Assembly: GCA_048571215.1 (NCBI GenBank)
Contig: CP182352.1
Location: 2,592,001-2,656,000 of the forward strand
Length of the DNA stretch: 64,000 nucleotides
Reading direction: 5' to 3'
Source: Halarcobacter sp.
GTDB lineage: Bacteria; Campylobacterota; Campylobacteria; Campylobacterales; Arcobacteraceae
Program-made: the position numbers and the translations under genes
The notes under the pieces: generated by a model
The model's input: the letters and a program-made list of their open reading frames with translations, nothing else
Told to the model about the DNA's origin: nothing
The model's database searches: none
In this document: in pieces, positions 48,654-58,684 of the stretch
Layout: each line of letters opens with the position of its first letter
How positions within the stretch are numbered: the first letter of the stretch is position 1

Positions 48654-49763
48654 ATGAAAAAATTCGCAAAAATGAGTTTAGTAGCTGCTGTTGCAGTAGC
48701 TGGTTTTACTTCGGCTAACGCTAAAGATTTATCTGAAGCAATTAAAGGTGTAGATGTATCTGGTACAGTTGCATATAGATATGATGATAGAGATAAAAAC
48801 AATTCAAATCTAACAACTAACTCTTACAAAATTGCAATCAATACTAAATCTGTGATTAATGATGATTTAGCATTTAATGCAAGAACTATTATTGGTAATG
48901 GTGCTGATAATATGGCTGTAGTTAGTAGTGCAGGTGCAGACGGTGCTGCTGCGTTCGGTTTAACTCAAGCAAACTTCTCATATACTGGATTTGCTAATAC
49001 TACAATTATTGCTGGTAAACAAGCTGTTCCTTCACCATTTGCAGTAGCTGCTGATTATGCTGGTGATGAAGATACTGGTAATGGTTTAACTGTAGTTTCA
49101 AGTTTTGGAGCTGTTACTTTAGCTGGTACTTATTTACAAAATACTAACTTAGCTACTGCTGGTCAAGCAATTGCTGGTGTAGGTATCTTAGGAGCTCTTG
49201 GTCCTGTTAATTTAGATGGTTGGTACTTAAATGTAAAAGACGCAGCTGCTAATAACGGACACAAAGCTTATACTGTTGGTGCAAGTGCAAACATCGAAAT
49301 GGTTAAAGTATATGGTAGATATTCTGCTGTTGATCATGATGGTGGTGATAAAGAATCATTATGGAAAATTGGAGCAAGCGCTAAACTTGGTATTGTTGGT
49401 TTAGGTATTGATTATGGTGAAACTAATGATCCTACTGGAGGAAGAGTAACTGGTGTTGAATTAACAGGTGATGCTGATGCTGATGTATCTTTACAAGGTT
49501 GGGGTGTTGCTTTAACTCAAGCAGATGCTTCTTTAGTAAAAGTTAATGCTAATGCTGATGTAGCTCCTGGATTAAACTTATCTGTAACTTATACTGATTT
49601 ATCAGTTGATGCTATTGGTGGTACAGATGTAGATGAAGTATATGGTCAAGTATCATATAAAATGGGTAAAAACCTTTCAACTTATGTTAGATATGGACAA
49701 ATTGACCCACAAGGTGCTCCTTCAGGAGACAGAGGTAGAATTCAAGTACTTTACACTTTCTAA
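48654..49763 (+). CDS. Major outer membrane porin (Campylobacterota MOMP family)
   Basis: MKK..KMSLVAAVAVAG signal, LSEAIKGVDVSG...YRY, GKQ, C-terminal YTF; codon usage looks highly expressed. Confidence 0.9.
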   Translation: MKKFAKMSLVAAVAVAGFTSANAKDLSEAIKGVDVSGTVAYRYDDRDKNNSNLTTNSYKIAINTKSVINDDLAFNARTIIGNGADNMAVVSSAGADGAAAFGLTQANFSYTGFANTTIIAGKQAVPSPFAVAADYAGDEDTGNGLTVVSSFGAVTLAGTYLQNTNLATAGQAIAGVGILGALGPVNLDGWYLNVKDAAANNGHKAYTVGASANIEMVKVYGRYSAVDHDGGDKESLWKIGASAKLGIVGLGIDYGETNDPTGGRVTGVELTGDADADVSLQGWGVALTQADASLVKVNANADVAPGLNLSVTYTDLSVDAIGGTDVDEVYGQVSYKMGKNLSTYVRYGQIDPQGAPSGDRGRIQVLYTF

Positions 49764-49793
49764 TCATCTGATTATTAGGTTACTAAACTTACT

Positions 49794-49825
49794 AAAGGTT
49801 AGAGGTTTTCCTCTAACCTTTTTTT
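49794..49825 (+). terminator. Intrinsic terminator after the porin gene
   Basis: aaaggttagagg-tttt-cctctaaccttt plus T run. Confidence 0.9.
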
Positions 49826-49898
49826 ATGCACTTTTTAATATTACTTATTACTAAATATAATTATGGTAAAATCTTCAAAACTTTTATAAGGAAAAATT

Positions 49899-50519
49899 TT
49901 GAATAAAAAACTACTTATTATAATATTTAGCTCGCTTTCACTTTTTGCACAAACAACTATGTGTTATAAAGAAAATGTTACTTCAATGTCAGGGATAGAT
50001 GATATAAAACTTGATGGGGGAGATTGTCAAGGAGATAAATCATTAAATGATATGAAAGAATTGGGTTGGAGTGTAGATGATATAAATATCACAAAAGCTA
50101 ACAAGGGTATGAATTATATCTACATACTAAAAAATGAGACTCAATATAGTAAAAATGATATAGACAAAATCGAACAAAAGATTGTAGAAAGGCTAGAAAA
50201 GAAAAAAGTCGAAGATAAAAAAAGAAGAATTAAAGAGATAAAAATAAAAATGTCCAGAGAAGGTAAAGTTAAATATGTTCAAAAATGTCAATCTTGTCAT
50301 GGTGAAAAAGGTGAGGTGGAATATAGAACCTCAAGGGCAATTAATACCTTATCTCTTCAAGAATTTATTACAACAATAAGAGATTATGATTTAAGACAAT
50401 ATGATAGGGGGCAAGCTATAGTAATGTATCCTTATGCAAATGTTTTAGACTCTAGTGCCATAAAAAATGTTTACTTATATCTAGAATCTTTAAAACCTAA
50501 AAAAGAGGAAACTAAATAA
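49899..50519 (+). CDS. Secreted protein with C-terminal class I cytochrome c domain
   Basis: Signal peptide (LFA-Q), two-Cys N-domain, charged linker, CQSCHGEKGE and distal Met (AIVMYPYA). Confidence 0.8.
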   Translation: MNKKLLIIIFSSLSLFAQTTMCYKENVTSMSGIDDIKLDGGDCQGDKSLNDMKELGWSVDDINITKANKGMNYIYILKNETQYSKNDIDKIEQKIVERLEKKKVEDKKRRIKEIKIKMSREGKVKYVQKCQSCHGEKGEVEYRTSRAINTLSLQEFITTIRDYDLRQYDRGQAIVMYPYANVLDSSAIKNVYLYLESLKPKKEETK

Positions 50520-50522
50520 TAT

Positions 50523-51617
50523 ATGGATGCATATGAGTATAGTGAACTTTTAAAGCTATTAAATAAAAAGTTAGAGAATATAAAGGGTATTTTAAAACCT
50601 GAACTATTAAATAAAAGATTAAAAGAGATAGAAAATTTAGAATCAGATCAAGAATTTTGGCAAGATGTAGAAACTGCAACAAAAATTGGTATTGAAAAAA
50701 ATAGACTTTTAAGTAAATTAGCAAAGTTTAACAAAGCTAATGATGCCTTAAAAGGGACAAATGAATTATTTGAACTAGCAAATGAAGAGAAAGATGAAGA
50801 GACTTTTGAATTATTACATGAAGAAGCTAGTGATTTAAATGAGCTTATAAAATCTACTGAAATCTCTGTTATGTTAAGCTCTCCTGATGATGCTTCAAAT
50901 GCTATTGTATCAATTCATCCAGGAGCAGGTGGTACAGAATCCCAAGATTGGGCTAGCATTTTATATAGAATGTATCTAAGATGGGCAGAAAGAAAAAACT
51001 TCAAAGTGGAACTTCTTGATTATCAAGATGGAGAAGAAGCTGGAATAAAAGATGTTTCCTTTATAATAAAAGGTGAAAATGCATATGGATATCTAAAAGC
51101 TGAAAATGGTATCCATAGATTAGTTAGAATCTCTCCTTTTGATTCAAATGCGAAAAGACACACCTCTTTTGCATCTGTTATGATAAGTCCTGAGATTGAC
51201 GACAATATAAATATAGAGATAGAAGAGAAAGATTTAAGAATAGATACCTATAGGGCAAGTGGTGCAGGTGGTCAACATGTAAATAAAACAGAATCTGCAA
51301 TTAGAATTACACATATTCCAACAAATATAGTTGTACAATGTCAAAATGATAGATCACAACATAAAAATAAAGCAAGTGCAATGAAGATGCTTAAATCTAG
51401 ACTATATGAACTAGAATTAGAAAAACAAAAAGCTACATCTGATGGTATTGAAAAAAGTGAAATTGGCTGGGGACATCAAATCAGATCTTATGTACTTCAA
51501 CCATATCAGCAAGTAAAAGATACAAGAAGTGGTATAGGCTACTCAAATGTTGATGCTATTTTAGACGGAGATATTAGTAAAATTATTGAAGATGTCTTAA
51601 TTGCTACTTCTAAATAG
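50523..51617 (+). CDS. prfB: Peptide chain release factor 2
   Basis: [13 protein letters not shown] tripeptide, [22 protein letters not shown]; single continuous frame. Confidence 0.98.
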   Translation: MDAYEYSELLKLLNKKLENIKGILKPELLNKRLKEIENLESDQEFWQDVETATKIGIEKNRLLSKLAKFNKANDALKGTNELFELANEEKDEETFELLHEEASDLNELIKSTEISVMLSSPDDASNAIVSIHPGAGGTESQDWASILYRMYLRWAERKNFKVELLDYQDGEEAGIKDVSFIIKGENAYGYLKAENGIHRLVRISPFDSNAKRHTSFASVMISPEIDDNINIEIEEKDLRIDTYRASGAGGQHVNKTESAIRITHIPTNIVVQCQNDRSQHKNKASAMKMLKSRLYELELEKQKATSDGIEKSEIGWGHQIRSYVLQPYQQVKDTRSGIGYSNVDAILDGDISKIIEDVLIATSK

Positions 51618-51629
51618 TTGTTAAGTTAA

Positions 51630-51657
51630 GTAAGTTTGTATATTTATACAAACTTAC
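51630..51657. terminator. Bidirectional terminator prfB/porin
   Basis: gtaagtttgtat-attt-atacaaacttac inverted repeat between convergent stops. Confidence 0.7.
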
Positions 51658-51672
51658 CAACTTAAAAACTTA

Positions 51673-52758
51673 CTAAAAAGAATAAGTTAGATTTGCATAT
51701 ACTTTGTCAAAATCACCAGTTAGACCTTTATCATCATAATCTACATATGTGATTGCTCCTGATAATTGTTCTGAAAAGTTATATTCAGCAATCAAGTTTA
51801 ATTCATCTGCATCACCACCTGCTGTTTCAGTAGTTCCATAAATCGCAGTTAATGCAATACCCGAAATCTCATAAGATAAGCTTCCATATACAGTTTCTTC
51901 ATCAGCTCCATAAGCATATCCAGCTTCATCAAGTGGATTCATATTATCCCCATATGCAGGGATACTACCAGCACCAACTGTTTTATCAGTTCCAATATAA
52001 CCTAATGCTGCACTAATTCCAGCAAATTTTGCTCTTGCTTCTAAATTGTAAACATCTCCATCAGGTCCAGTATCTTCACTTGAGGCTGCATAATGTGCTG
52101 TAAATCCAAACATATCATTATCATAACTAGCTTTCAAACCATAAAAATCTGCAACATCAGGTGCACTATAAAAGTATGGATTTAATTCAACATTTTCAAT
52201 ACCATTATATTTTACATCTAAAACATAAGCCCCATCTTTTGTGATTTCAGAAAAATCATCTACATGATCAAATCCAATCTCAGCTTGTCTGTCTGTATAA
52301 CCTAAAACAATTGTAGTATCTGGAACTGCTGTAATACCTGCAACAACAGATTCATTATAATCACCTAGCCATTCTAAATCAATCTCTTGTCTACCAACAG
52401 ATAAGAAAAAATTTTCATTTGCATATTTAATCACTGCTGTGTGAGCAATTGCATCATTTGCAATTTCACCTGCATAATCCCCATTGTTTTCTTCATCAAA
52501 CTCATGTTGTGCTCTAAATCCTATTGCTGCACTAAAACCATTTACGGTATCTGTTTCAAATCCTAAACCAATAGAACCTACTGTAAAACCTGCATCTGCT
52601 GCTCCTGAATTATCTTGTGTTACAGTATAAACTGTAATATCACCAGAGGTTTTACCATTTGCAAAGGCATCTTTTATACTATTTGATTCAGCAAAGGCTG
52701 ATGTTGAAACTAGCAATAAACTACTAGCTAGTAAACTTAATTTTATTTTCTTATTCAT
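51673..52758 (-). CDS. Opr/OprD-like outer membrane porin
   Basis: Signal peptide (AFA-E), SIKDAFANGKTSG, GRQEIDLEW, acidic beta-strand pattern, C-terminal YSF. Confidence 0.85.
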   Translation of the reverse strand: MNKKIKLSLLASSLLLVSTSAFAESNSIKDAFANGKTSGDITVYTVTQDNSGAADAGFTVGSIGLGFETDTVNGFSAAIGFRAQHEFDEENNGDYAGEIANDAIAHTAVIKYANENFFLSVGRQEIDLEWLGDYNESVVAGITAVPDTTIVLGYTDRQAEIGFDHVDDFSEITKDGAYVLDVKYNGIENVELNPYFYSAPDVADFYGLKASYDNDMFGFTAHYAASSEDTGPDGDVYNLEARAKFAGISAALGYIGTDKTVGAGSIPAYGDNMNPLDEAGYAYGADEETVYGSLSYEISGIALTAIYGTTETAGGDADELNLIAEYNFSEQLSGAITYVDYDDKGLTGDFDKVYANLTYSF

Positions 52759-52818
52759 TTTATATTTCCTTGTGTTTATTAAATATTCTCGCGTAAAATA
52801 TTTTTTTAGAAGAACATA

Positions 52819-52924
52819 TGAAATGTTATCAATAATTAATATTAATATCTATAGATTTCTGTTTATAAATTAAACAAATACATATTATAAGCATTAATTT
52901 GATTAATAATGATATCCATTTTCA
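52819..52924 (-). promoter_or_regulatory. Porin promoter with Fur-box-like sites
   Basis: Minus strand: TGAAAATGGATATCA (52924-52910), TATAAT (52889-52884), TGATAACATTTCA (52831-52819). Confidence 0.5.
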
Positions 52925-52975
52925 AAATTGATTCTAGCCAATTTAATCTAAAACTTTTCTTATTTGATTATTTTT

Positions 52976-55324
52976 TTATCTATTACAAATGGTTTTGTAG
53001 TTGCAATATTGGCAAGTTTGGAGCTTATCGCATTTATTGAAATTGACTTTTTGTGTATGTAGTTGTTTAAATATATCTTTTAATATGAGTAATTTTTCAT
53101 CTAAAAGTGACTCTTTTATTAATTTCATATTGTATAAATCATAATAATATGCTTCAATATTTGTAGTTGAATATAAGTTTTCTAATGCAATATAATAAAA
53201 CTCCAATTGAAAATCTACAGATTTTTCATATGTTCTCTTTGTACTTATAGTTAAGTTTTTTGATGTTTTATAATCTACTACCACATAAGTATTATCTAAC
53301 TTATCTATCCTATCAATTGTACCTTTTATTTTTATACCCTCAAACTTAGTTAGAAAATTCTTTTCCAAGTCTAATACACTTAGTTTTTCTTTAAATCTTT
53401 CTTTTTCTAATTCAAAAAAACTCTTTAATCTTTTTTTCCAAATTTCTAATTCAAAATTAAGAAAACTGCAATCTACTCTATTTTCATTAAATATTTCTAC
53501 TATTTTTTCATAAGTTCTATTATCTTGTTTATAATAATTTTCAAGAGTCTTGTGAACTATATTACCCAATTCATAAGCTTTTGGCATTATTGAGATATCA
53601 TGCTCTTTTATTTTTAATATATGGTTTAAATAGTATTTTCTTTTGCACTCTAAAAACTCTTTTAAAGCACTTGCACTCCATGTAATAGTTGAAAGGTCTA
53701 TATCAAGCTCTATTTCCTTGTCGAAGTGTTTTAAGCTCTTATTGGTGTATAATATCTCTTTATATTCATTGTCATAAACTTTTTCTTCAATATTAGTTCT
53801 AAGAAGTTTAGTTGCAAATCTTGATATTTGTTCTGTTTCATTTTTTACATATGAGATATATACATAATTTGAGTTTGATATTAGTCTATCATAATAATAT
53901 TTTTGTAGGTTCTCCCTATCAAGCAATGTTGGTAGATTTACTTTTTCTTTAATTTTCGTTGAAAGAAACTTATCTTTTACACTACGCTTTGGAATTAAAC
54001 TCTCATTAAAGTCACATATGATTACTGCTTGAAAGTTTAACATACGACTTTCTAATAAACCCATAACTGTAATTTTTCCTGAATTTACATCATCAAAACT
54101 AAGTTGTGAAATCTTTTGCAATAATATTCTAAAAAAATCTTTTATATAAACTCTTTCTTGGGTATAAAAAAATATCTTTTCTAACTTATATATTGTCTCA
54201 TCAAACTTTTCTAATAACTCTTTATTTCTTTCCAAGTTTCTTAAAAAAGTTACAACTTTACTAAATAGATCTTTTGTTAGTGTACTTTTCCAATTTTTTT
54301 TAAATAATTCATCAATAGCTTTTTTATCACATTCTAAAAATACTAAGTTTTGCTTATTTTTTATCTCATCATCACTAATATATTCATATATAGCTTGGGA
54401 TATTTTAAACAAATTACTATTATAAATATCCTTACCCATTGCAAAGTTAAAATACTTTTTATCATCAAATAAAGCTAAGACCTTAGCAAAATTTTCATCA
54501 GGTAATACGACAACTATATTTGAAGGGTCAATTCCATCATTTACCAAAACTTCAATTGATTTTTTAATATAGGCTATTTGATTTATTCTTGAGGAAAAAG
54601 CTTTTAGCTCAATATGATTGTTTGAGATTAATGGTTCTTTATTTAATATATTTTTATTATTTAAATCAATAAGATATCTATGGTCTAACTCTAAGTCAAA
54701 GCCTTCATTTATAAATTTTTCAATTGATTTGGTATTATATTTATTGTATATAAACTCTATTTCTATAGGTATTACTTTAGAAATCTTTTTTATAATTTCA
54801 AACTCAATAGTTGTAAAATAGCCTTCGAAATGTAGTTTTATAGAAGAGAATTGTTTTATATATTCATTATTTAGTAGATAAAACTTTGGCATGTTTATTC
54901 TATCTACTGCACTATTTTTTTCTAATATATCTAGATAGTTATATTTTATTTGTTTTAATAAGTCTAAATGTTCTGTATAAAATTCGTAGGTATCTTTACT
55001 TTGAATAGTTTCAACATCAATATTTTCACTAGATAGTTCTAAAAAAAATCTATATATATATTCACTTTGTTTTAAAAATTGTGTAAAACTCTTTGAGATT
55101 CCAAGTATATTTAAATCTATACTTTTTGTTGCTTCATTTAGATATAAAAATCTTTCATCTTCATCTATATATTTTTTATTTTCAAAATAGATTGATTTTT
55201 TAAAAAACTCATCAATTGTTATTATAGTTGGTAGTAGAGTATTTAACTCTTTTTTTGAGTTAATATACTCTCTAACTTTTCTAGAAGTAGGAAATACTAA
55301 AAGTTGGTTCTGCTTATATTGCAT
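52976..55324 (-). CDS. addB: AddB-like PD-(D/E)xK nuclease subunit
   Basis: VFPTSR, VMGLLESR, SASALKEFLECKRKYY, GTIDRID, DYKT, C-terminal C..C.YC....IC Cys cluster; lies after the cco accessory genes. Confidence 0.85.
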   Translation of the reverse strand: MQYKQNQLLVFPTSRKVREYINSKKELNTLLPTIITIDEFFKKSIYFENKKYIDEDERFLYLNEATKSIDLNILGISKSFTQFLKQSEYIYRFFLELSSENIDVETIQSKDTYEFYTEHLDLLKQIKYNYLDILEKNSAVDRINMPKFYLLNNEYIKQFSSIKLHFEGYFTTIEFEIIKKISKVIPIEIEFIYNKYNTKSIEKFINEGFDLELDHRYLIDLNNKNILNKEPLISNNHIELKAFSSRINQIAYIKKSIEVLVNDGIDPSNIVVVLPDENFAKVLALFDDKKYFNFAMGKDIYNSNLFKISQAIYEYISDDEIKNKQNLVFLECDKKAIDELFKKNWKSTLTKDLFSKVVTFLRNLERNKELLEKFDETIYKLEKIFFYTQERVYIKDFFRILLQKISQLSFDDVNSGKITVMGLLESRMLNFQAVIICDFNESLIPKRSVKDKFLSTKIKEKVNLPTLLDRENLQKYYYDRLISNSNYVYISYVKNETEQISRFATKLLRTNIEEKVYDNEYKEILYTNKSLKHFDKEIELDIDLSTITWSASALKEFLECKRKYYLNHILKIKEHDISIMPKAYELGNIVHKTLENYYKQDNRTYEKIVEIFNENRVDCSFLNFELEIWKKRLKSFFELEKERFKEKLSVLDLEKNFLTKFEGIKIKGTIDRIDKLDNTYVVVDYKTSKNLTISTKRTYEKSVDFQLEFYYIALENLYSTTNIEAYYYDLYNMKLIKESLLDEKLLILKDIFKQLHTQKVNFNKCDKLQTCQYCNYKTICNR

Positions 55325-55877
55325 TTGATTTTATATAAAAATAACCTGTATCATCATCTATTTTAAAAGTCCCTGTGATATTCCAGTTTCCTTTAAATGG
55401 TAAATTAAATTCTAATATATATTTTCCATCTTTATAAATAAAATCTTTTTTAGTATATTCTAGCTCATCTTTATCGCTTGTAGGTCTAGATATATTTAAT
55501 TCTATATTTGCATTTTTTATATTTTCATTATTTATTTTATCTTTAATTTCTATAAATACTCTATTTTTACCATGTAAAAAAGTATTTTTATGTATAGATT
55601 TCTCTTCAATAGCCCTTTGAGCTAAAAACATATCACTAAATGTTAAATCAAAACTTTTTTTATTAATATATATTTTAAAATCATATTTTGATAAAAATTG
55701 TTGATTTGATTTTACAATGTCATTAAAATCTTTATCCAATTCATGATATGACTTTAAAAAAGTTTTATCTTCATGTACAGGGGTATTAACAGCAGAATAA
55801 ATTGTCCATACAATCATTCCGAAGGTAAATGAAAATATACCTATAAAAAAAAGTGGCCAGTAGTTTCTTTTCATCAA
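55314..55877 (-). CDS. FixH/CcoH-like cbb3 oxidase assembly protein
   Basis: N-terminal YWP plus one TM, C-terminal LPFKGNW Ig-like segment; in the cco operon. Confidence 0.75.
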   Translation of the reverse strand: MMKRNYWPLFFIGIFSFTFGMIVWTIYSAVNTPVHEDKTFLKSYHELDKDFNDIVKSNQQFLSKYDFKIYINKKSFDLTFSDMFLAQRAIEEKSIHKNTFLHGKNRVFIEIKDKINNENIKNANIELNISRPTSDKDELEYTKKDFIYKDGKYILEFNLPFKGNWNITGTFKIDDDTGYFYIKSNAI

Positions 55878-55884
55878 ATTATTC

Positions 55885-56511
55885 CTATTTTTTTCTTCTT
55901 AAAACTGCAAAAGTATATAATAATAATCCAACAAAAATCATTGAGTACATTAGAACTTTCCATATTGTTCCAGCAACTTTTCCTGAGCTTCCTATACTAC
56001 TTTTTAGTTCAACACCTTTAGAATCAGCGATATCATCTGCAATTGCAGCATAACCATTAAGTAAAGCAGCACTAATTTTTGCATAGGTACTATTTTTATC
56101 TTTTGAAGCTAATAAGGGTACTACATAACCGTTTAAAATATCATTTTTATCTACAACTTCTTTTAATCTTGAAGATACAATTAAATTTACATGAGTATCA
56201 TCTACAGCTAGTGTTAATAACACATAGGGTTTAGTTAATGTATTAACAATTTCAGATTCGTAATTTTTAATATATTTAATTTTATCTTGTGTAGTTATGT
56301 CTGATTTTAAACCTAAAGATTCTTTTGCATAAACATAGATATTTACACCCAATTTACTTTTAACTTCGCTACCAATTTCATCTATTTTTGAAATAGTTCT
56401 TGGATCAATTAATCCATCATCACTAAGTACAAAACTGCTTGCATTTAAATTTGTAAGTAAAAAAAGTAGCAGTAAATATACTGCTACTTTAAAATTATTT
56501 AACGTAACCAT
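55885..56511 (-). CDS. Conserved membrane-anchored periplasmic protein (TPM-like)
   Basis: Signal peptide, GVNIYV, ALLNGY..IAD, C-terminal TM plus RRKK. Confidence 0.75.
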   Translation of the reverse strand: MVTLNNFKVAVYLLLLFLLTNLNASSFVLSDDGLIDPRTISKIDEIGSEVKSKLGVNIYVYAKESLGLKSDITTQDKIKYIKNYESEIVNTLTKPYVLLTLAVDDTHVNLIVSSRLKEVVDKNDILNGYVVPLLASKDKNSTYAKISAALLNGYAAIADDIADSKGVELKSSIGSSGKVAGTIWKVLMYSMIFVGLLLYTFAVLRRKK

Positions 56512-56603
56512 TAACCTACGAAAACTCTAGATGAATCAAAAAAGGCTAAATATGCAGAAAGTGCTGCAGAAACCAATAATAAAAGTCCTATAATCTTATC
56601 CAT
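56511..56603 (-). CDS. 30-aa single-TM small protein in the cco operon (not in the ORF track)
   Basis: MDKIIGLLLLVSAALSAYLAFFDSSRVFVG*; SD GGGAGAG; TAATG coupling to the next gene; fills the gap exactly. Confidence 0.82.
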   Translation of the reverse strand: MDKIIGLLLLVSAALSAYLAFFDSSRVFVG

Positions 56604-56616
56604 TTTACTCTCTCCC

Positions 56617-56859
56617 TTATTTACCTGAACCAACTAGAATATACTGTTTATGGTTATCAGCACTGTTTGCTTTTAAACCATCTAGATCTTGGTTGATTTT
56701 ATAGTAGTTTTGTGCTTCATTTTGTTGAACAAGCACAGAATTAAATACCAATACTGCTAGAATAGTTAGAAGTAAAACAGTAGCTATCAACATTCCTGTG
56801 ATACCACTAAGAGAGAATAAACCTCTCTCGTTGTCGTTCATTTGTGAATTTAAAGCCAT
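56617..56859 (-). CDS. DUF4006-type small membrane protein after ccoP
   Basis: ER.LFSL.GITGMLIATVLLL.IL motif. Confidence 0.85.
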   Translation of the reverse strand: MALNSQMNDNERGLFSLSGITGMLIATVLLLTILAVLVFNSVLVQQNEAQNYYKINQDLDGLKANSADNHKQYILVGSGK

Positions 56860-56860
56860 T

Positions 56861-57751
56861 TTACTCTCCTAAACTTTGAATATAAGCAGCTACTGCTTTT
56901 TCTTGTGTTGGATTTAGTCTACCTTTGAAACTTGGCATTGTACCAATGCTACCTTGTTTACCATTCTCTAATACAGCAGCAACTAAAGCATCATCATAAT
57001 TTTTAATGTTTGGCCCAACATATGCAATACCTGCACCATCAGTACCATGACATCCTGCACAAACACCAAATGCTGCAGGTTGTTCACCTTTAAATCCACC
57101 TGCAACATAAGTTGCAACTGCATCTATATCAGCTTGTTCAGTTAACATCATAGGAGGCATTCCACCTGGATATACTGTTTTTAAGTTGTTTGAACCATTT
57201 TTAATCACGTATTCAACTTGATCTTTAGCCATTCTAGCTGTTAAGTTTTGAGCCTTACCATTGATACCTTCAGCATCAACACCATGACAAGGTGCACATT
57301 GAACTAAAAATACTGACTGACCCATTGAAACTAATGTATCTTTTGAAGGGTTTTCCCATTTTGAAGCAAATTTTGCATTATACTCATTTACTTCTTCATT
57401 ATATTGTCCAATTTGTGAGAAACCATTTGTTGGATAACCAATAGTCCAGTACCAAAATAACCAGATAATAGTACCAATAAATGCTAATCCCCAACCTGAT
57501 GGAATTGGATTTTTATACTCACCAATACCATCCCATTTTTCATCTGCTAAATCACCACTAGCAGTATCATTCTTAATTTGATTTATATACTTAAGTGCAA
57601 CAAATACTGTTATAGTAATAATTGCTACAGCTCCAAGCATTGTTAAGCTATTAATATAATCATCACTGTTAAATGCATCACCTGCAACGATGTAAGTTCC
57701 TGCAATTAAAGCGATGATAAGAATAATTCCACCTATAATCATAGACTTCAT
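56861..57751 (-). CDS. ccoP: cbb3-type cytochrome c oxidase subunit III
   Basis: WDGIGEYKNPIP.GW, CAPCH and CAGCH hemes, MPSF. Confidence 0.96.
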   Translation of the reverse strand: MKSMIIGGIILIIALIAGTYIVAGDAFNSDDYINSLTMLGAVAIITITVFVALKYINQIKNDTASGDLADEKWDGIGEYKNPIPSGWGLAFIGTIIWLFWYWTIGYPTNGFSQIGQYNEEVNEYNAKFASKWENPSKDTLVSMGQSVFLVQCAPCHGVDAEGINGKAQNLTARMAKDQVEYVIKNGSNNLKTVYPGGMPPMMLTEQADIDAVATYVAGGFKGEQPAAFGVCAGCHGTDGAGIAYVGPNIKNYDDALVAAVLENGKQGSIGTMPSFKGRLNPTQEKAVAAYIQSLGE

Positions 57752-57752
57752 A

Positions 57753-57977
57753 TTATATCTCCTTCTCTTTTTTGTCGTTTTCTTCTTTTCTTTTTTCGAG
57801 AGGATCAGCTTCTATTGAATCATCATGCACAAGATTAGAATACTTTTCAAAATCTCTTTCACCCTTTTTATCCCTTTTATATATAGAATAAGCATAAGAA
57901 TAAAAAAGTATAAATACTATCAAGATTAAGAAAAATTTAGCATAACCTTGTATTGTCAATAGAGTTTCTTGATCCAT
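57753..57977 (-). CDS. ccoQ: cbb3 oxidase subunit CcoQ
   Basis: Single TM, YxRDKKGERDFEKY...DD; between ccoO and ccoP. Confidence 0.9.
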   Translation of the reverse strand: MDQETLLTIQGYAKFFLILIVFILFYSYAYSIYKRDKKGERDFEKYSNLVHDDSIEADPLEKRKEENDKKEKEI

Positions 57978-57986
57978 TTTAACCTC

Positions 57987-58670
57987 TTATTTTAAAGAAT
58001 TTAAATATGCAATTAATGCAACTATTTCAGGAACTTGACCGTTTGCAACGGCATCTTTTACAGCTTGGTTCTTCATATTAGCTGCAATTGCTTTAGCATC
58101 TTCTTTAGCTTTTGCAATAGCAGTTTCATGATCACCTAGCTCAACGTCAATTTTTCCATCACCATTAATATCCACATCATATGGAGTATTGAATACTGTT
58201 TTTACTGTATATGCTTCTGCATATGCCGTATCTAAATCAGCAATATTACTGAAATGATGAGGATATGCTGGCATAATTGAACCTGGAACAACTGATGATG
58301 GGTTCATCATATGATTTTCATGCCAATCTGTTGTTCTATAGTTTCCAACTCTTAATAAATCTGGACCAGTTCTTTTTGAACCCCATAAGAAAGGTCTATC
58401 ATAAGCATACTCACCAGATAATGAGTACATACCATATCTATCAGTCTCTGATTTAAATGGTCTAACTAATTGTGAATGACAAGCATTACATGAATCTTTA
58501 ATATAAACTTGTCTACCTGCTAACTCTAATACACTGTAAGGTTTTGTACCTACAGTAGGTCTTGCTTGTTTTGCAAAATCAGGAATTGCTTCAATAATAC
58601 CTGCAAAAGCAACAAATACGAATACTAATACCGCAAAGAAAAACGGTCTTTGTTCAAACCAATGAAACAT
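57987..58670 (-). CDS. ccoO: cbb3 oxidase subunit II
   Basis: CNACHSQLVRP, WGSKRTGPDL, PGSIMPAY, ALIAYL. Confidence 0.97.
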   Translation of the reverse strand: MFHWFEQRPFFFAVLVFVFVAFAGIIEAIPDFAKQARPTVGTKPYSVLELAGRQVYIKDSCNACHSQLVRPFKSETDRYGMYSLSGEYAYDRPFLWGSKRTGPDLLRVGNYRTTDWHENHMMNPSSVVPGSIMPAYPHHFSNIADLDTAYAEAYTVKTVFNTPYDVDINGDGKIDVELGDHETAIAKAKEDAKAIAANMKNQAVKDAVANGQVPEIVALIAYLNSLK

Positions 58671-58684
58671 AACTACCCTCCTTC

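Noticed and set aside
50523..50620. Programmed +1 frameshift in prfB
   Set aside because: The frame is continuous and there is no CTT-TGA slippery site near codons 20-30.
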